62,956 nucleotides of DNA, taken from the NCBI RefSeq assembly GCF_001194135.2, contig NC_068987.1, forward strand, positions 44,948,269 to 45,011,224. Reading direction: 5' to 3'. Both the position numbers and the translations under genes were made by a program. The stretch is from Octopus bimaculoides. Taxonomy: Eukaryota. Numbering within the stretch: the first letter of the stretch is position 1; the number at the start of each line of letters is the position of its first letter. Below are positions 12,199 to 24,595 of the stretch, piece after piece. The notes under the pieces were generated by a model that saw only the letters and a list, made by a program, of their open reading frames with translations, ran no database searches and was not told the DNA's origin.

Positions 12199-12448
12199 TG
12201 TTGTTGCAGCTGCTGCTGCAGTGGTGGTGACAGCAGCAGCAAGATAGCATAATTGTTAGCATCTCAGAAAGATACTGAACAGACCCCTTCCAGGTCTTTA
12301 CATTCTGTGTTCAAATCCTGTGAAAAATAAAAGACATATATACATATTTATATAATGACTTCCAATAAAAATACCAAATATTGTTTTGATTTGAAGAAAA
12401 GAATTGGTGAAAAATTTTTGTATGTTGTACATTTGTATATTTATCTAG

Positions 12449-12544
12449 GAAGAGGAAATGTTAACGTTTGACAATTCTGCTCAAATCTTCAATGCTTTAT
12501 CTGATGTCCCTGGAGATGTTCAAGATGTTGACAAATTGATAGAG
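12449..12544 (+). CDS. SGSM3: SGSM3 exon 7, EEEMLTFDNSAQIFNALSDVPGDVQDVDKLIE
   Basis: tctag acceptor; GAG|gtgagt donor; 96 nt. Confidence 0.95.
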
Positions 12545-13075
12545 GTGAGTGGAAGCAAAATATACTTGTTATTTCTGATGAAGACTAGCTTTTCCATCAA
12601 GTAAAACTTTAATGGTACAACCAGCAGAGTTACTGGAAAAATACTTTTCAGTGTTTGTTACACACCTTTACATTCTAAGTTCAAATCTTGTCATGGATAC
12701 TGTAATGCCAAGCTATATCAGCTCTTGCCATTCCTTTAGACAATATTACTAACATGGAATGAAGAGATTTGTATGCAAGAGTAGTTACTGGTCCTCAATA
12801 CAAAAACCTTGCCAGGATCTGTGCCTTGGAGAGGATCTTCCTTGATTTAAATCCAGGGTTTCACATGACATTTAGAGGTCATGGAATCCTGTGCCAACTC
12901 TATTTTCATTACTTAATATTCTCAGATTTAACTTCATTAATTTTTGTCTCTCTTGTTTTACCTAACGTAAATCAACATTGTTCCAAATGAAATTATATCT
13001 CCCTTCACAAATCTAAATTTTCAAATGAAAATTTCAAGTTTTATTGGTGTATTTTAATGTTCTTTTCCTTTCTAG

Positions 13076-13207
13076 ATATCTTTTAATGTAGCTGGCTCAT
13101 TAACAGATACAATTGTTGATACACATAGAAGAAAGCATTTAGCATATTTAATGGCAGATCAAGGAGCTATTGTCAACCCTGAATCTGCAAAAAATCTACC
13201 AAAACAG
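13076..13207 (+). CDS. SGSM3: SGSM3 exon 8, ISFNVAGSLTDTIVDTHRRKHLAYLMADQGAIVNPESAKNLPKQ
   Basis: ttcttttcctttctag acceptor; CAG|gttagt donor; 132 nt. Confidence 0.95.
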
Positions 13208-15601
13208 GTTAGTTTTTTTTTCGTTTTTCTTTTCTTTCTCATGTGCATTGTCACTGCCACAGTTTGATAGAGTAATTTATATTTCACTTCTACTCAACTT
13301 TGTGGATTCCCTACCACCTTAATATGAAGAATGTGATATGAACGATTAAGCTATGTGTTAATATGTTAAACTTCAAATGTCTTACTATTGTGTTGAAGTT
13401 CAATTTGTGTTCACTAAGAATAATCTGCAACGTTCCTGAAACCATATAACTTCTGACATCTGCCACAGTGTAAAAAATACTGAGTTTCATAAAACCAATC
13501 TCCTTTGGTGAATGGCTAAATTTTCAAACCATCACCCACCTATGTTTCCTTGGTCACTAAAACTGTGTTTCCTTTAAACACATAATTTTATTAGCTACAT
13601 CCAAATAAGGAAAAATAACTATTTGTCCCACACAGAAATTGTACTTATTTCTGGAACAACCTGTAAGGATTTTTTTTCTACATTTGTTTTGGAAAAGTTC
13701 CTTTATCTTTTATCACTTGTTTCAGTAATTTGTGGCCATGCTGGGGCACTACCTTGAAGAATTTCAGTTGAGTTAATCAAGTAATTTTTTAAACTCTATT
13801 AATTCTTTAACTTTCCCCTTCTAATTTCCATTTCATTTAATAAGACACTCTCCCTCTTTAGATCAACAGAGCATTCATCACCTTTATATATTGTTAAACA
13901 ATTGATCTCTCACTAGTACACACAAGCATCATTTTCTTATATAAATAATATTACCATTTCCTTTATTACACGTTTATCGTGTGTGTGTGTATATATAGAT
14001 ATATGTCAATACTACAAGTATAATACACAATTATTTCCCTTTTACATTTCCATTACACTTAAAATAATTTTCTCTCAATTTTAATCTGGTTTAAAATTAT
14101 TCTATTTACTTTCCACTCCAGATTCTAATTTTCTCTTTTTTCCCCCTTTTCTTCCTTCCACGTCCAATGTACTGTCTCGTAGCCTTGCATTTTCCAACGG
14201 TTTTTTTCAAATAAGCTATGTAGCATTCTTCTCTACTCGCAGTTGTCACATTCAGTAATAATGTCTTATGGTTGAGTTGATTTTTATGTATTTCCCTGAA
14301 GAGAAGATTACATCTTTCTCAACATTACTCATTCTTTTGGAATGAACCAATTGTAATCTTCGAAACATATGTTGGAAATAAAACAAATCATTTAACACAT
14401 GCGTATAACTCCATTTATTTAATCTTATATTTATTCAAAATACCTCAAATTAACAGGGAGTTTCTACCTAATAAACAAGAGTTACACCAAAGTTATTTTG
14501 TGAACTTTGCTACCCTGGTAACTATTAACCAATTTATTTTGTCAGAGTTAATTGTTAACTAAGAGAAAATAAATACATATAATTAAATATATATATACAT
14601 ATATTTATACGTGTAAGATGGGCTTCTTTCAGTTTCCGTCTACCAAATCCACTCACAAGACACTGGTCAGCCCTAAGCTATAGTAGGAGACACATGCCCA
14701 AGGTGCCATGCAGTGGAATTGAGCTTGGAACCATGTGGTTGGGAAGCAAACTTCTTACCACACAGCCACACCTCTCTGAGTTCTTTTTCTCTTTTTTGTT
14801 TTTGCTTCTTATTTAATTGTAGCTGTAAAGTTTTAAAGTTTTATATACACACACACACACATGCACGCATGCGTGCATGGACACATGAAGCAAAAATGAG
14901 CTAGGAAAAATAACTCAGTGTGAACAGTAGCATCTAATTGAACAACAAAATGAATAAGAGTATATCAAATATTATATGAGATAAATTCTCAGTTGAAATT
15001 ATCTCCACTTCTGATGAAGATAGATCAATCACTTGGTTGTAATTAGTACCAACTCAAATTAAGAAGGGCAGATAAACTCAAGAATTCTCCAAAATTGACA
15101 TGCCATTAAGGACAGTTATCTACATGTTTCTGTTTCAATAGGCATCATCAGCACAGTAATTGCCCTACTTTATCTTCAGCAAACGAGATAATTAGACACA
15201 TACAAACAGAAGTAGGACGCATTTATGGCTGAAGTAATTTGCATAAATGAAGCAAAAATAAGCTAAGAGAAATAACTGTGTCTCCCTCCCTCTCTCTATG
15301 TATGTGTGGGTGTGTGTGCACGTACGTGTGTGTATGCAGATGTAGTTTTTGGAAAACAATATTTAATATGTGCATGTGTCATATTTAAAGAAAGTGTAAA
15401 TGCAGACAAAATGGTTGTATGAAAGAGAATTCAAAATTAATCCATTGGGCACACATATTTTAATTGCCTTTCATTTATTCTTTTCATCAAGAGTCACACT
15501 TTATTTAAATACAAGCAGTTGCTCTTATCCCTTTGCGCAATATATATATTTTTTTTCGTTTTTCAAAAACAAGATAATTTTTTGTTCATTGGGTTTCTGT
15601 A

Positions 15602-16504
15602 TGTGGTCTGATCAATAAGTATCCGGACTGTTGCTATAGCAATGAAGCTAAAGCATGCAGAGTTAAGCTGCTTGGTACAGTACAGTGACCATGAACTCTG
15701 CCGTGCATGCACACTAAGTTTTAACATTTTAGGTCACTTCTGCTGTTTACAGTAGTGCTTGGAAGGAAGGTGTGTAGTGTGTGATTGTTGCATTGACCAT
15801 GACAGAGAAAGTTGAGCTGAGAATCTGCATCAAATTTTTCCAAAAGCTTGGTGATACCTGCTCAGAAGCCTATGCAAAGTTTTCAAAACGTTTCCATCAT
15901 TCTCGATACAATCAAGATCTTGTGCAACTGAAACCCGAGTGTCTTTTTGGTCAGCTGAAAACAGTTTTGGCACTAACTTGGCAGACACATGTCTCATATC
16001 CAAATCTTCAATGATAATGGACTGAACTGAACTCTAATTAATCTTTGCATCCTCTGATAACTCACAGATGGTGATTTGACAATTTCCTCTCACAGCTGCA
16101 TGCACATCTGTGATATTTTTCTCAGTTCTGCTGGTTGCGGACCTCCCAGAACGTTCGTCAATATTGACATTTTTTTGGCCATCTCAGAAACGTCTGAACC
16201 ACTCATATACTTGTGTGCAGTTCATACACTCCTCTCCATACACTTTCTGCAACTTTGCATAAGCCTCTGAGCAGGTATCACCATGACAACTTTCTCTGTC
16301 ATGGTCAATGTGACTATCACACGCTACATACATTCCTTCCAAGCATTGCTGTAAACAGCGGAAGTGAGCTAGAATGTTGAAACTTAGTAACTTAGTGCAC
16401 ATGTACAGTAGGGTTCAAGGTCAATCTTTGCCAAGCAGCTTCACTCTGCATGCTTTAACTTTGTTACTATGGCAACAGTCTGGATACTTATTGATCAGAC
16501 TCCG
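15602..16504 (-). mobile_element. Fold-back mariner derivative, copy 1
   Basis: TA|tgtggtctgatcaataagtatccggactg ... cagtctggatacttattgatcagactccg|TA; minus-strand transposase N-terminal fragment (QVYEWFRRF, ERSGRSATS, KLVPKLFS). Confidence 0.9.
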
Positions 16505-16521
16505 TACCTCATTTCTTACAG

Positions 16522-16710
16522 CAACTGAACAAACGACATTTACGTCGATCGAGGTCCTTGGTTTCATTACTTCTGTGGGGAAATGAAGAAGAAGAAGACT
16601 TGGGAAAAGCCAAGAACATTCGTCAAACAGAACTGTTGGTTGACCTGAGAGATGCTATTTTACAGGTGGCTCGGCATTTTCAGTCAGTTGATCCGAAAAA
16701 TAACAAAATT
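16522..16710 (+). CDS. SGSM3: SGSM3 exon 9, QLNKRHLRRSRSLVSLLLWG...KAKNIRQTELLVDLRDAILQVARHFQSVDPKNNKI
   Basis: tttcttacag acceptor; ATT|gtaagt donor; 189 nt, phase 0-0. Confidence 0.95.
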
Positions 16711-17030
16711 GTAAGTTACTTTGTTTTAATATAATTTAAGAATTTGTTCAGCTGAGTTCTTAAAAAAATTTTGATAGGCTGGATGATTGGTGGAGTGGGG
16801 TGGGGGTCCAACATCTAGTGATCAGATGATAGGCGATTGATGAAGTAACTAGGTAAATGGTAACTGTACTAAAGGTAAGTTAAAGAAAAACTGGAGTGAA
16901 TTGGTTTAGGTAAACTGAACTGAAAAGAAAAAGAAACTTGATAATAGAGTCAAGTAGACTGGAGTGGATGCTATTCAAAAAAAACAAAAAACTGATCAGG
17001 TAACTGAAAGCAGCACTATAATGTACAGTC

Positions 17031-17400
17031 ATCATCCTCATCATTTAACATCCGTCTTCTATGTTGGCATTAGTTGGATGGTTTGAGATGATCCAAAGAA
17101 GCAGAGGACAATGCCGAGCTCCAATATCTGCTTTGGAATGGTTTCTATGGCTGGATGCCCTTCTGAAAGCCAACTACTTTGTTGAGTGTACTAGGTGCTT
17201 GTACTTTTTATATGGTACTGGCTCTAGTGAAGTCACCAAGTAACTAACAACGCAAAGAACTGTCAACTGAGTGAGGTTGCTATGGAATGGGCAGTGACTT
17301 TATACCAGGTGTTGAGAGGCTAAAGTATGATAGTGGGGGACAGGCATAAGTGTCTTGCTATAAAAGAGAGACATGGCTACCTAGTATTATCTAAGGATGG
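17031..17400 (-). mobile_element. RTE-tail-related retroposon; similar copies at about 24905-25188 (+), 44650-44944 (-), 50690-51230 (-), 60170-60435 (+)
   Basis: Reverse complement of the (GAT)n tail and ggaagggcatccagc core shared with the RTE 3' end. Confidence 0.7.
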
Positions 17401-18103
17401 GTTAGAATAGCTGAAGGAAGACGATGATGATGGTGGTGGTGATGAGGTGCCAGACTGTACTACATATGACAAATAACAATCTAGATAGGCGTAGTGCCTA
17501 TGACAGAAATATGCAAGCAATAAAATAAATTAAGTAAAATTGTAATAATAAAAAAATATATTTTGAGCAACAAAAAAAAAAAAATAGAAGGAAAAACTAG
17601 TATTAACCCCTGCCACCATCAAAATCCAAAATATAAAATGACTGAATGAGAAAGCAACTAAGTACAAATGTACACAGATACACAATACACAAATATATAT
17701 GCACTTCATACACACATATACAAACATACAGATGCATACACACACACACAAATACATGCTTACTTATATGCATTTGTACATACATAAAGGCTCACGTAAA
17801 TATGTATGTGTGTGTTGGGGTGTACATGTGTTATCTTTAGAACTAAATTTTTATTGTCATATATGACATTCCTTGTTATTCTGGTTTGTGTGATCAGCAA
17901 GGAATTTTGAACAACAGAGAATAATGTCAACACTGAAGTTACATGTGCATGTATGTGTGTATATGTATATATATATATATGTATATCACCGTCCAGCCCA
18001 TGCCAGCATGGAAGGTGGACGTTAAACAATGATGATGATATATATATATATTTATATATCATCTTCATTGTTTAATGTGCGCTTTCCATGCTGGGTAATA
18101 TAT

Positions 18104-18106
<3 letters not shown>

Positions 18107-18151
<45 letters not shown>
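18107..18151. repeat. (CA)n microsatellite
   Basis: Direct reading. Confidence 0.95.
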
Positions 18152-18153
<2 letters not shown>

Positions 18154-18419
18154 TACTTCAGATATACAACTGTGATACTTAAGCTTTGTGTAGAGAGGTA
18201 CTACCTGTACCTCCTCGAATGCAGATTGGTACCAAAAACAGTAATTAGAAATATTATGTGTTGAGAACATTAATGATTTTGATCTTGAAGCAAATATGTA
18301 AATACATGTGTGTGTGTATATATATTTGTATTTGTGTATATATGTTTAAGTACCACTTCTCTGGGTATTATGTTCACCAGTTATATTTTTTTGAATTTCT
18401 ACTGAATTTATCACATCAG

Positions 18420-18506
18420 ATCAACACTGCTGATAATCAGAGTAGCTATTGGATGCGGAAATCTTTATCTAGCGATGATGATGAATCATACAGGATGAAT
18501 CATGAT
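18420..18506 (+). CDS. Candidate alternative SGSM3 cassette exon (INTADNQSSYWMRKSLSSDDDESYRMNHD)
   Basis: catcag acceptor; GAT|gtaaga donor; 87 nt, phase 0-0, no stop. Confidence 0.5.
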
Positions 18507-18589
18507 GTAAGATGTTCCTGTCAATGTGGTTTTTTGGCTTCTTTGCATGTGTGTGTTTGGATATATATGTCTGTATATAGACATGTATG

Positions 18590-18631
<42 letters not shown>

Positions 18632-19270
18632 TGTATTTCTGTAGCTGTATTATCTTTGCCACTCTTTCATTCTTTCACCTGACACCCTCATACAACTACT
18701 GATTCTGTTATGCTATTCTTCACGCTTCACACCATTTGTACTTATCAATGTCTCTTTTTCTGTTATTGTTTACCTTGATGCTTTACATTGAAAGTTTTTA
18801 CATCATCTTCTACTGTGAAAAGTCACTTAAACCTTTCTTTCTTTTCTTTTTTTTTTTTTTTTTTTTTTTTTTTTCCATCTGTGTTCAATCCTTTCTTCTT
18901 TTTTCCCTAAGTTTTTCTATCATTTTTTCTTAACCCTTTTGTTACCATATTTCTGTTGAAATACACTTCCTTTATTTCAATTAATTTAAAAATTGTAAAG
19001 AATTTAGTAAAATAGCTTTGACATTATTAAGAATTTTAACTTTGATTATTTTAAACATGAAGTTTGTACCATAGATCCAGGAATGGTCTTTGTTGGTTTG
19101 GTATCAAAAGGGTTAAAGCACCTCTGTGTTTAGGGCATCAAATGTGGGATGTGCATTATAAGTGTTGTCTGTCTTCTGTGAAGCAACTGCTTGTTTTTAG
19201 TATTATTGTTGTTTTTGCTCCTATTGTTTGTTTTGGTGTTGTTAGTGTTGTTGCTCTTGTTATTGTCCAG

Positions 19271-19315
<45 letters not shown>

Positions 19316-19946
19316 TTGTTATTGTTATCTGTTTAATGTTTCTTTCTGGTCGTTGCTAATCTCATCATTCTGCTTGATGTAGATCACCTCATTGTTTGTT
19401 GTGTTATTGTATTTTGCCTCTGTACTGTCCCCAATATCTCAGGCCCTTTCTTTCTTTCAGTAAATTTTTCACTGCACTATATGATGCACATCTCTATTCT
19501 TCTGGTATGTCTGTGTGTGTGTGTGTGTGTGTGTGTTTGTAATATTGCTTTATTTCATTTATCTTTTGCTGGGGAAGTGATAGTTGTGTTACTTCTAATT
19601 TTCTGTGTTTTGGGTTTTATATTTTTCATTAGTTGTTATGGGTATGTTTTAAGCTTACTCTTTAATGTTGTGTGGTATTGGTAGTTTTGCTTGTTGTAAT
19701 ATGCCTGAGTGGATCTCGTGGTCACCTTCTCAATGTGGCCAAGAGTTCTTATCTCGCTGCAATGGTGCTGGCTTCTGTTCTGTCTTATGCAACAAAAGAA
19801 GAAATCAATACTTTGAATATATTTTTCTTATTTGTTTATAATGCAGTTATAATCATCAAAACATGCCACACTCATACATAAATACAATATTATTATTATT
19901 ATTATTAGTTTATTATTAATGGAATTTATTATTATTGTCGCCATAG

Positions 19947-19970
19947 CTGGAGGTGTGTTCTTGGAGCACT
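19947..19970 (+). CDS. Candidate 24-nt microexon (LEVCSWST)
   Basis: catag acceptor with weak pyrimidine tract; ACT|gtaagt donor; phase 0-0. Confidence 0.25.
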
Positions 19971-20029
19971 GTAAGTTTATGACTAATTCACTTGTTTAAA
20001 AGGTTCTGTGCTGTATTTTCTTGTTTAAA

Positions 20030-23000
20030 TCGTTTTGCAAGCTAGCTGCTCTTTTGCGGGGCTGATGTTTGTTAATCAAGGCCCCATTTTGGGGGTGATA
20101 CAAACATTTTTGTTTTCAAATTTCTTTGAAAATTTGCTTTGAAGAAAGTAAACATTGAAGATGGTGACGAAAAGTCGGAGTGAGGAAGGAAGGTGGTACA
20201 GCAATTTGCATGAGGATTTCCCTGTCCTCCCCACCATGATTGACAGTAGACAGCAGGAAGCAAAGAAGGAAGAAGAAACGAAGAGTCAAGAAAAGAAGAA
20301 AGAAGATGAAAAGCAGAAAAAAGACAAGAGGAAGGAAGGAAGGAGTAAAGTCTTCCTCACTACATGGAAATTATAGTAGCACGAAGAACAACATTGAAAG
20401 TAACTGCTGCAAAGAGTCTAACAAAAATGGAGTTAGTGGCAGGAAAGAGACTTTTGCAAATATCATGGCAGCTAAGGAATTAGTTAACATCTCATTGGAG
20501 AACAAAATAGAAAAACTAAACAAAGCAGCAAAATATATGAAAATGAATGGAAGAAGGGTAGATTGATGCCTCCAAGTGACGTGCTTGAAGCAATAACCAA
20601 ATGGACAGTGGTCTACAGGTGCGTGAACACAAAGACAAGGAAAGTTGAAAATGCTAAACACAACCAGGTGGAAAAACCCTTGAAAGATATATGGCAGGAT
20701 ATCCACCACATTGTGAGAGTGAGGCAGTATGGCAGAGTAGAGATCCCTTTTAAGTCTGAGGGGCAAGTGATACAAAGCTCGGTGGCCATGTGTTGCACCA
20801 AGGAAATTGCCCTCTTCCCAATATATATGGGAAGAAGGACGGTACAAATTATGGTACCAGATATCCCACCGGGCTTGGATTTATGGTAGATTCTCACCTG
20901 TATTAGTATAGACAGGGAGAGAATCTCTTGGATGTTAAATGATCAAAGAGGAAAAATTAGGTTGGGACTACCTTGGAGGTTCTTCTCCATGTGAAGCCAG
21001 AGCAGTTAGAGAAAGTCCCTGAGCTGATTTCCCTCTCGAATGGAGTAGAACTAAGGGTGAATAAGGAGGGCAGAAGGCCAAGGTGCCATGATTGTGGTTC
21101 ATTGGGCCACTTACAGTTTTTCTGCCCACAGAACCAGAATAGAAGGGCAGAAAGAAATGTCCAAATGAAAGCACCACAACATGAGTCAACAGAAACAACA
21201 TGAAAAACAACAGAAAGCCAGGGGAATAGAAACAGAAATTGAACCCAGGGTGACAAAACAGGCAAGTGTTAAAGGTGGCAGTGGGAGTAGCACCAGCAGC
21301 AGTGGTGGAAGCTACAGTAGCAGGAGCTACAACAACAACTAGTACAAGAGAACCAGAAAAAAATATACAAGACACAGACTCCTCCGCACATCCAAGTGAT
21401 GATGAGGGGGAAGCCCAAAAGGAAAAAAAAAACAAGAAAGAGATACAGAAAAAAAAGAGAAATCCAAGAAACGACAGACACACTGATGACAACACCAACA
21501 CTACAAGCACCACAATCACCAATACCATCACAAACACCCACAACAGAATCAAAAACGCAACAAACTTTAAAAGGAAAAATGTCACAACAACAACAACAAC
21601 CATCCACAGCAGTGGAATTTCCTGCTAGTGAGGAGGGCTAATGAAAAGCTGATTACTCTCATAGCACAAAATGAGAACACTGAAACAGAGGGGGTGATCT
21701 GCAGCCCCAACACTTTTAGAGTGCCGGAGAGCCTAATGATGGTGTGAATGACATTAGAGACTTATATGAGCATTAAGTGGAGCTACCCATATGACACTGG
21801 ATCTCTCAGTGTAATGGTCAGTAGATGGCTTTTAAGGGGGTTTCCAGAGGAACCCAGCAAAACAGACAGGGTGGGAGAACCACTCGACCACAAACAGCAC
21901 CAGGAGGGTAAGTGATACTCCCTTTTCCTTTCCTTACTTCCTAGCCAGTATGGCACTTCTTAGAGTAGGTTTTTGTAAATATACATGGCCTGGGGTCATC
22001 GTGGAAGCAAGGATGCTTGTGCAATAACCTCAGGTGGCTAAGTCTGGATGTAATAGCTGTCAGTGAGACCAGGATTGTAGACACACAGACCTTGGCTCCT
22101 ATTTTCGATGACTTTGAGATTTTCACTTTTCTTAGTCAACCGGGAGTGGGGTGGGGTGGGGTGGCAGTGTTGTTCAGAAAAGGCCTGGATCTCAAGATAC
22201 GGTCAGTCTTCCTGGACCCAGAAGGTAAGTCAGTGGTCCTGGACATGAATGATAACAAAGGTAGTACTTTTAGACTGGTCGCACTGTACGCACCAACTGG
22301 AGCAGGTCAGCCAGAGTTCTTCAGATGCCTGAAGGCTTTTATGGGGACGTTTTGCTCTTTAGTGTTAGTGGGCAATTAGACCACCATTTTGGATGCACGT
22401 ATGGATTGGGTGGGGATAGCAGATAGGAAGGAGGTGGCGTGTAAGTCTTGCAAACTTGCTCAGTCATTTCCAAAATACCTTATCTAGATCATATCTAGAT
22501 AGGGTATTTTGTAGACCAGCAGATAGGAATAGCATAGGTTGTCCACAATTTCAATTTGTCAACTATACAAACCATAAATTTGTGATCTGTACAGTTGATC
22601 TAGATAGGCTTCATAGGCAGGGACCCAGATACTGGAAGCTGAACTCATCCTTCCTGGCATGTCAAGCTTTCAGAGACCGGCTTAGGAAGATAGTCCATCG
22701 AAAGTTGATGAGTGCAGTCATCAACAACTGATGTGGAGGGGGGCCCTAAAATGGGCAATTAGAGTAGAAGCTGTAGAATTTAGCAGAGAATTAGTGATAG
22801 AGAAACTAGAGTAGAGGCAGACCTACTTAGGAAATTAGAAGAGGCACTCAGTAGAGGCATAGTAACCAATGTGCTGGCAGTGAGATTGGTTCTGAACCAA
22901 TTCTTCAACACCAAGCATGAAAGTTGCATTATCAGAGCTAGGGCACATGCTCTAAAGAAGGAGGGAACAAAAGCCATTCAGTAGGCCTGGGTGGCCAAGG

Positions 23001-23492
23001 CGCAATGTGGTAATAAAACTAAATTCGGTTTTTGAGGGATCAGGATGGGCACATGCTACATGAGTAAAAGCAGATTTGGGTGGAATTTCAGCGGCACTTT
23101 ACTGAACTGTATGGGGCATGTGGGGGCCCCATAGGTGGAGGTGAACTTCACTTCCTACCTTAATGGTATGCTGCGGCTTTTGGCCAAGGATGTGTTAGTT
23201 CTGCAAAATGCTGATAACAGCTGAAGATATACATGACACATTGGCTAGTTGCACAAGGTAGAGATCTCTGGGATTGGATGGTCTGTCCTTCGAGCTTTAT
23301 ATACATATGCCAGACTTGTTTGGTGAGCTTTTGGGAGGCATCTACTGCAACGGGCAGCAGAATGGGAGAATACCCAGATCTGTGAGCCAAGGTATGTTGA
23401 TGCTACTGAGAAAGGATCTGAACAAAGGGGACATTGTTGAGAACTTTAGGCCGGTAACTCTGCTAAATACAGATTACAAAATTTTGGCCAAG
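20030..23492 (+). mobile_element. L1/Tx1-clade LINE pseudogene: ORF1 with CCHC knuckle, ORF2 APE endonuclease and start of RT; 3'-truncated; 5' boundary approximate
   Basis: CHDCGSLGHLQFFC; VIAVSETR, GGVAVLF, ALYAP, SYLDRVF, GPRYWKLN; DGLSFELY, NFRPVTLLNTDYKILAK; many stops and frameshifts. Confidence 0.88.
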
Positions 23493-23964
23493 AGAAAGGT
23501 ATTACTATTACGTTGTATGGTTCCTTAGTTGAAGGAAGAGGTAGAAATTTGAAAGAGAGATATATAAACATGTTAAGTGCAGGGCATGTTGCATAATTGA
23601 AGTGAAAGGCAAAGAGAGAGTGAGAGAGAAAGAGAGTAAGTGCTGATTGAAAAGAACACAGAAGTTGAAAGTATTTACATGATTTTAAACATAGAATAAT
23701 AGAATATTTTAACAGATACTAAAAATAAAGGTTAAGTTGTTGTTATAGGTTTTAATATTCAGCTGCTTCTATATCTTCGATGCATCAATGTATTTATGTG
23801 GCTATATAGATTCATTGATGGATAGAAGATAGAAAGATGGATGGCTAGATATATTGACACATTGTTAAATCAAAGTGAAATAACCATAACAACTAGCTGT
23901 GGATGTTACTTTTACCTTTTTATGTATAGCAGCACAAAGGCTGAGGCCTTGCTGGGGCACTGCA

Positions 23965-24355
23965 ATTTATTCTTTTACTTGTTTTGGTCATTTGACTGTG
24001 GTCATGCTGGAGCACTGCCTTGAAGGGTCTTAGCCAAACAAATCGACCCCAAGGTTTTTTTCTTAAGCTTAGTACATATTCTGTTGGTCTCTTTTGCTGA
24101 ACCGTTAAGTTATGGGGACGTAAACACACCAACACTGGTTGTCAAGCTGTGATGGGGAGGGGGGTACAAACACAGATGCAAAGACACATACACTAACACA
24201 CACATATGATGGGCTTCTTTCAGTTTCCATCTACTAAATCCACTCACAAGGCTTTGGTTGGCCCAAGGCTATAATAGAAGATATTTGCCCAAAGTGTCAT
24301 GAACCCAAAACCATGTGGTTGGGAAGCAAGCTCCTTACTACACTGCCATGCCTGC
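23965..24355 (-). mobile_element. tRNA-derived SINE (second body type); further copies at about 27322-27740 (+), 43785-44175 (+), 53090-53310 (-), 54350-54770 (-); head-only copies at 3835, 14618, 30415 (-)
   Basis: Shared gggcttctttcagtttcc...cacaaggctttgg...gcccaaggtgcc...gaacc reverse-complement head and ccccagcatggccgcagtc body. Confidence 0.8.
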
Positions 24356-24469
24356 TCTTAGTTTTTTTTTTGTTTGTTTGTAATTTTGAGTTATTTAGTT
24401 TAAATGCTTATTTGTATTATTAGAACAGACAAATATATACATTGACAGAAATGTAAGCAGAATACAATT

Positions 24470-24595
24470 GATTGAATGATTGATTGACAGACAGACAGAC
24501 AGAAAGACAGATAGACGAACAAATAGACTGACAGACAGTCAGACAGATAAACAGATAGAAAGATAAATAGATAGATAGTCAGACAGACAGATAAA
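24470..24595. repeat. Degenerate (GACA/GATA)n microsatellite
   Basis: Direct reading. Confidence 0.9.

Noticed and set aside
19461-19504. AG..GT segment KFFTALYDAHLYSS
   Set aside because: Begins with TAA in phase 0; only open in phase 2 to 1, incompatible with the phase-0 intron; likely pseudo-exon
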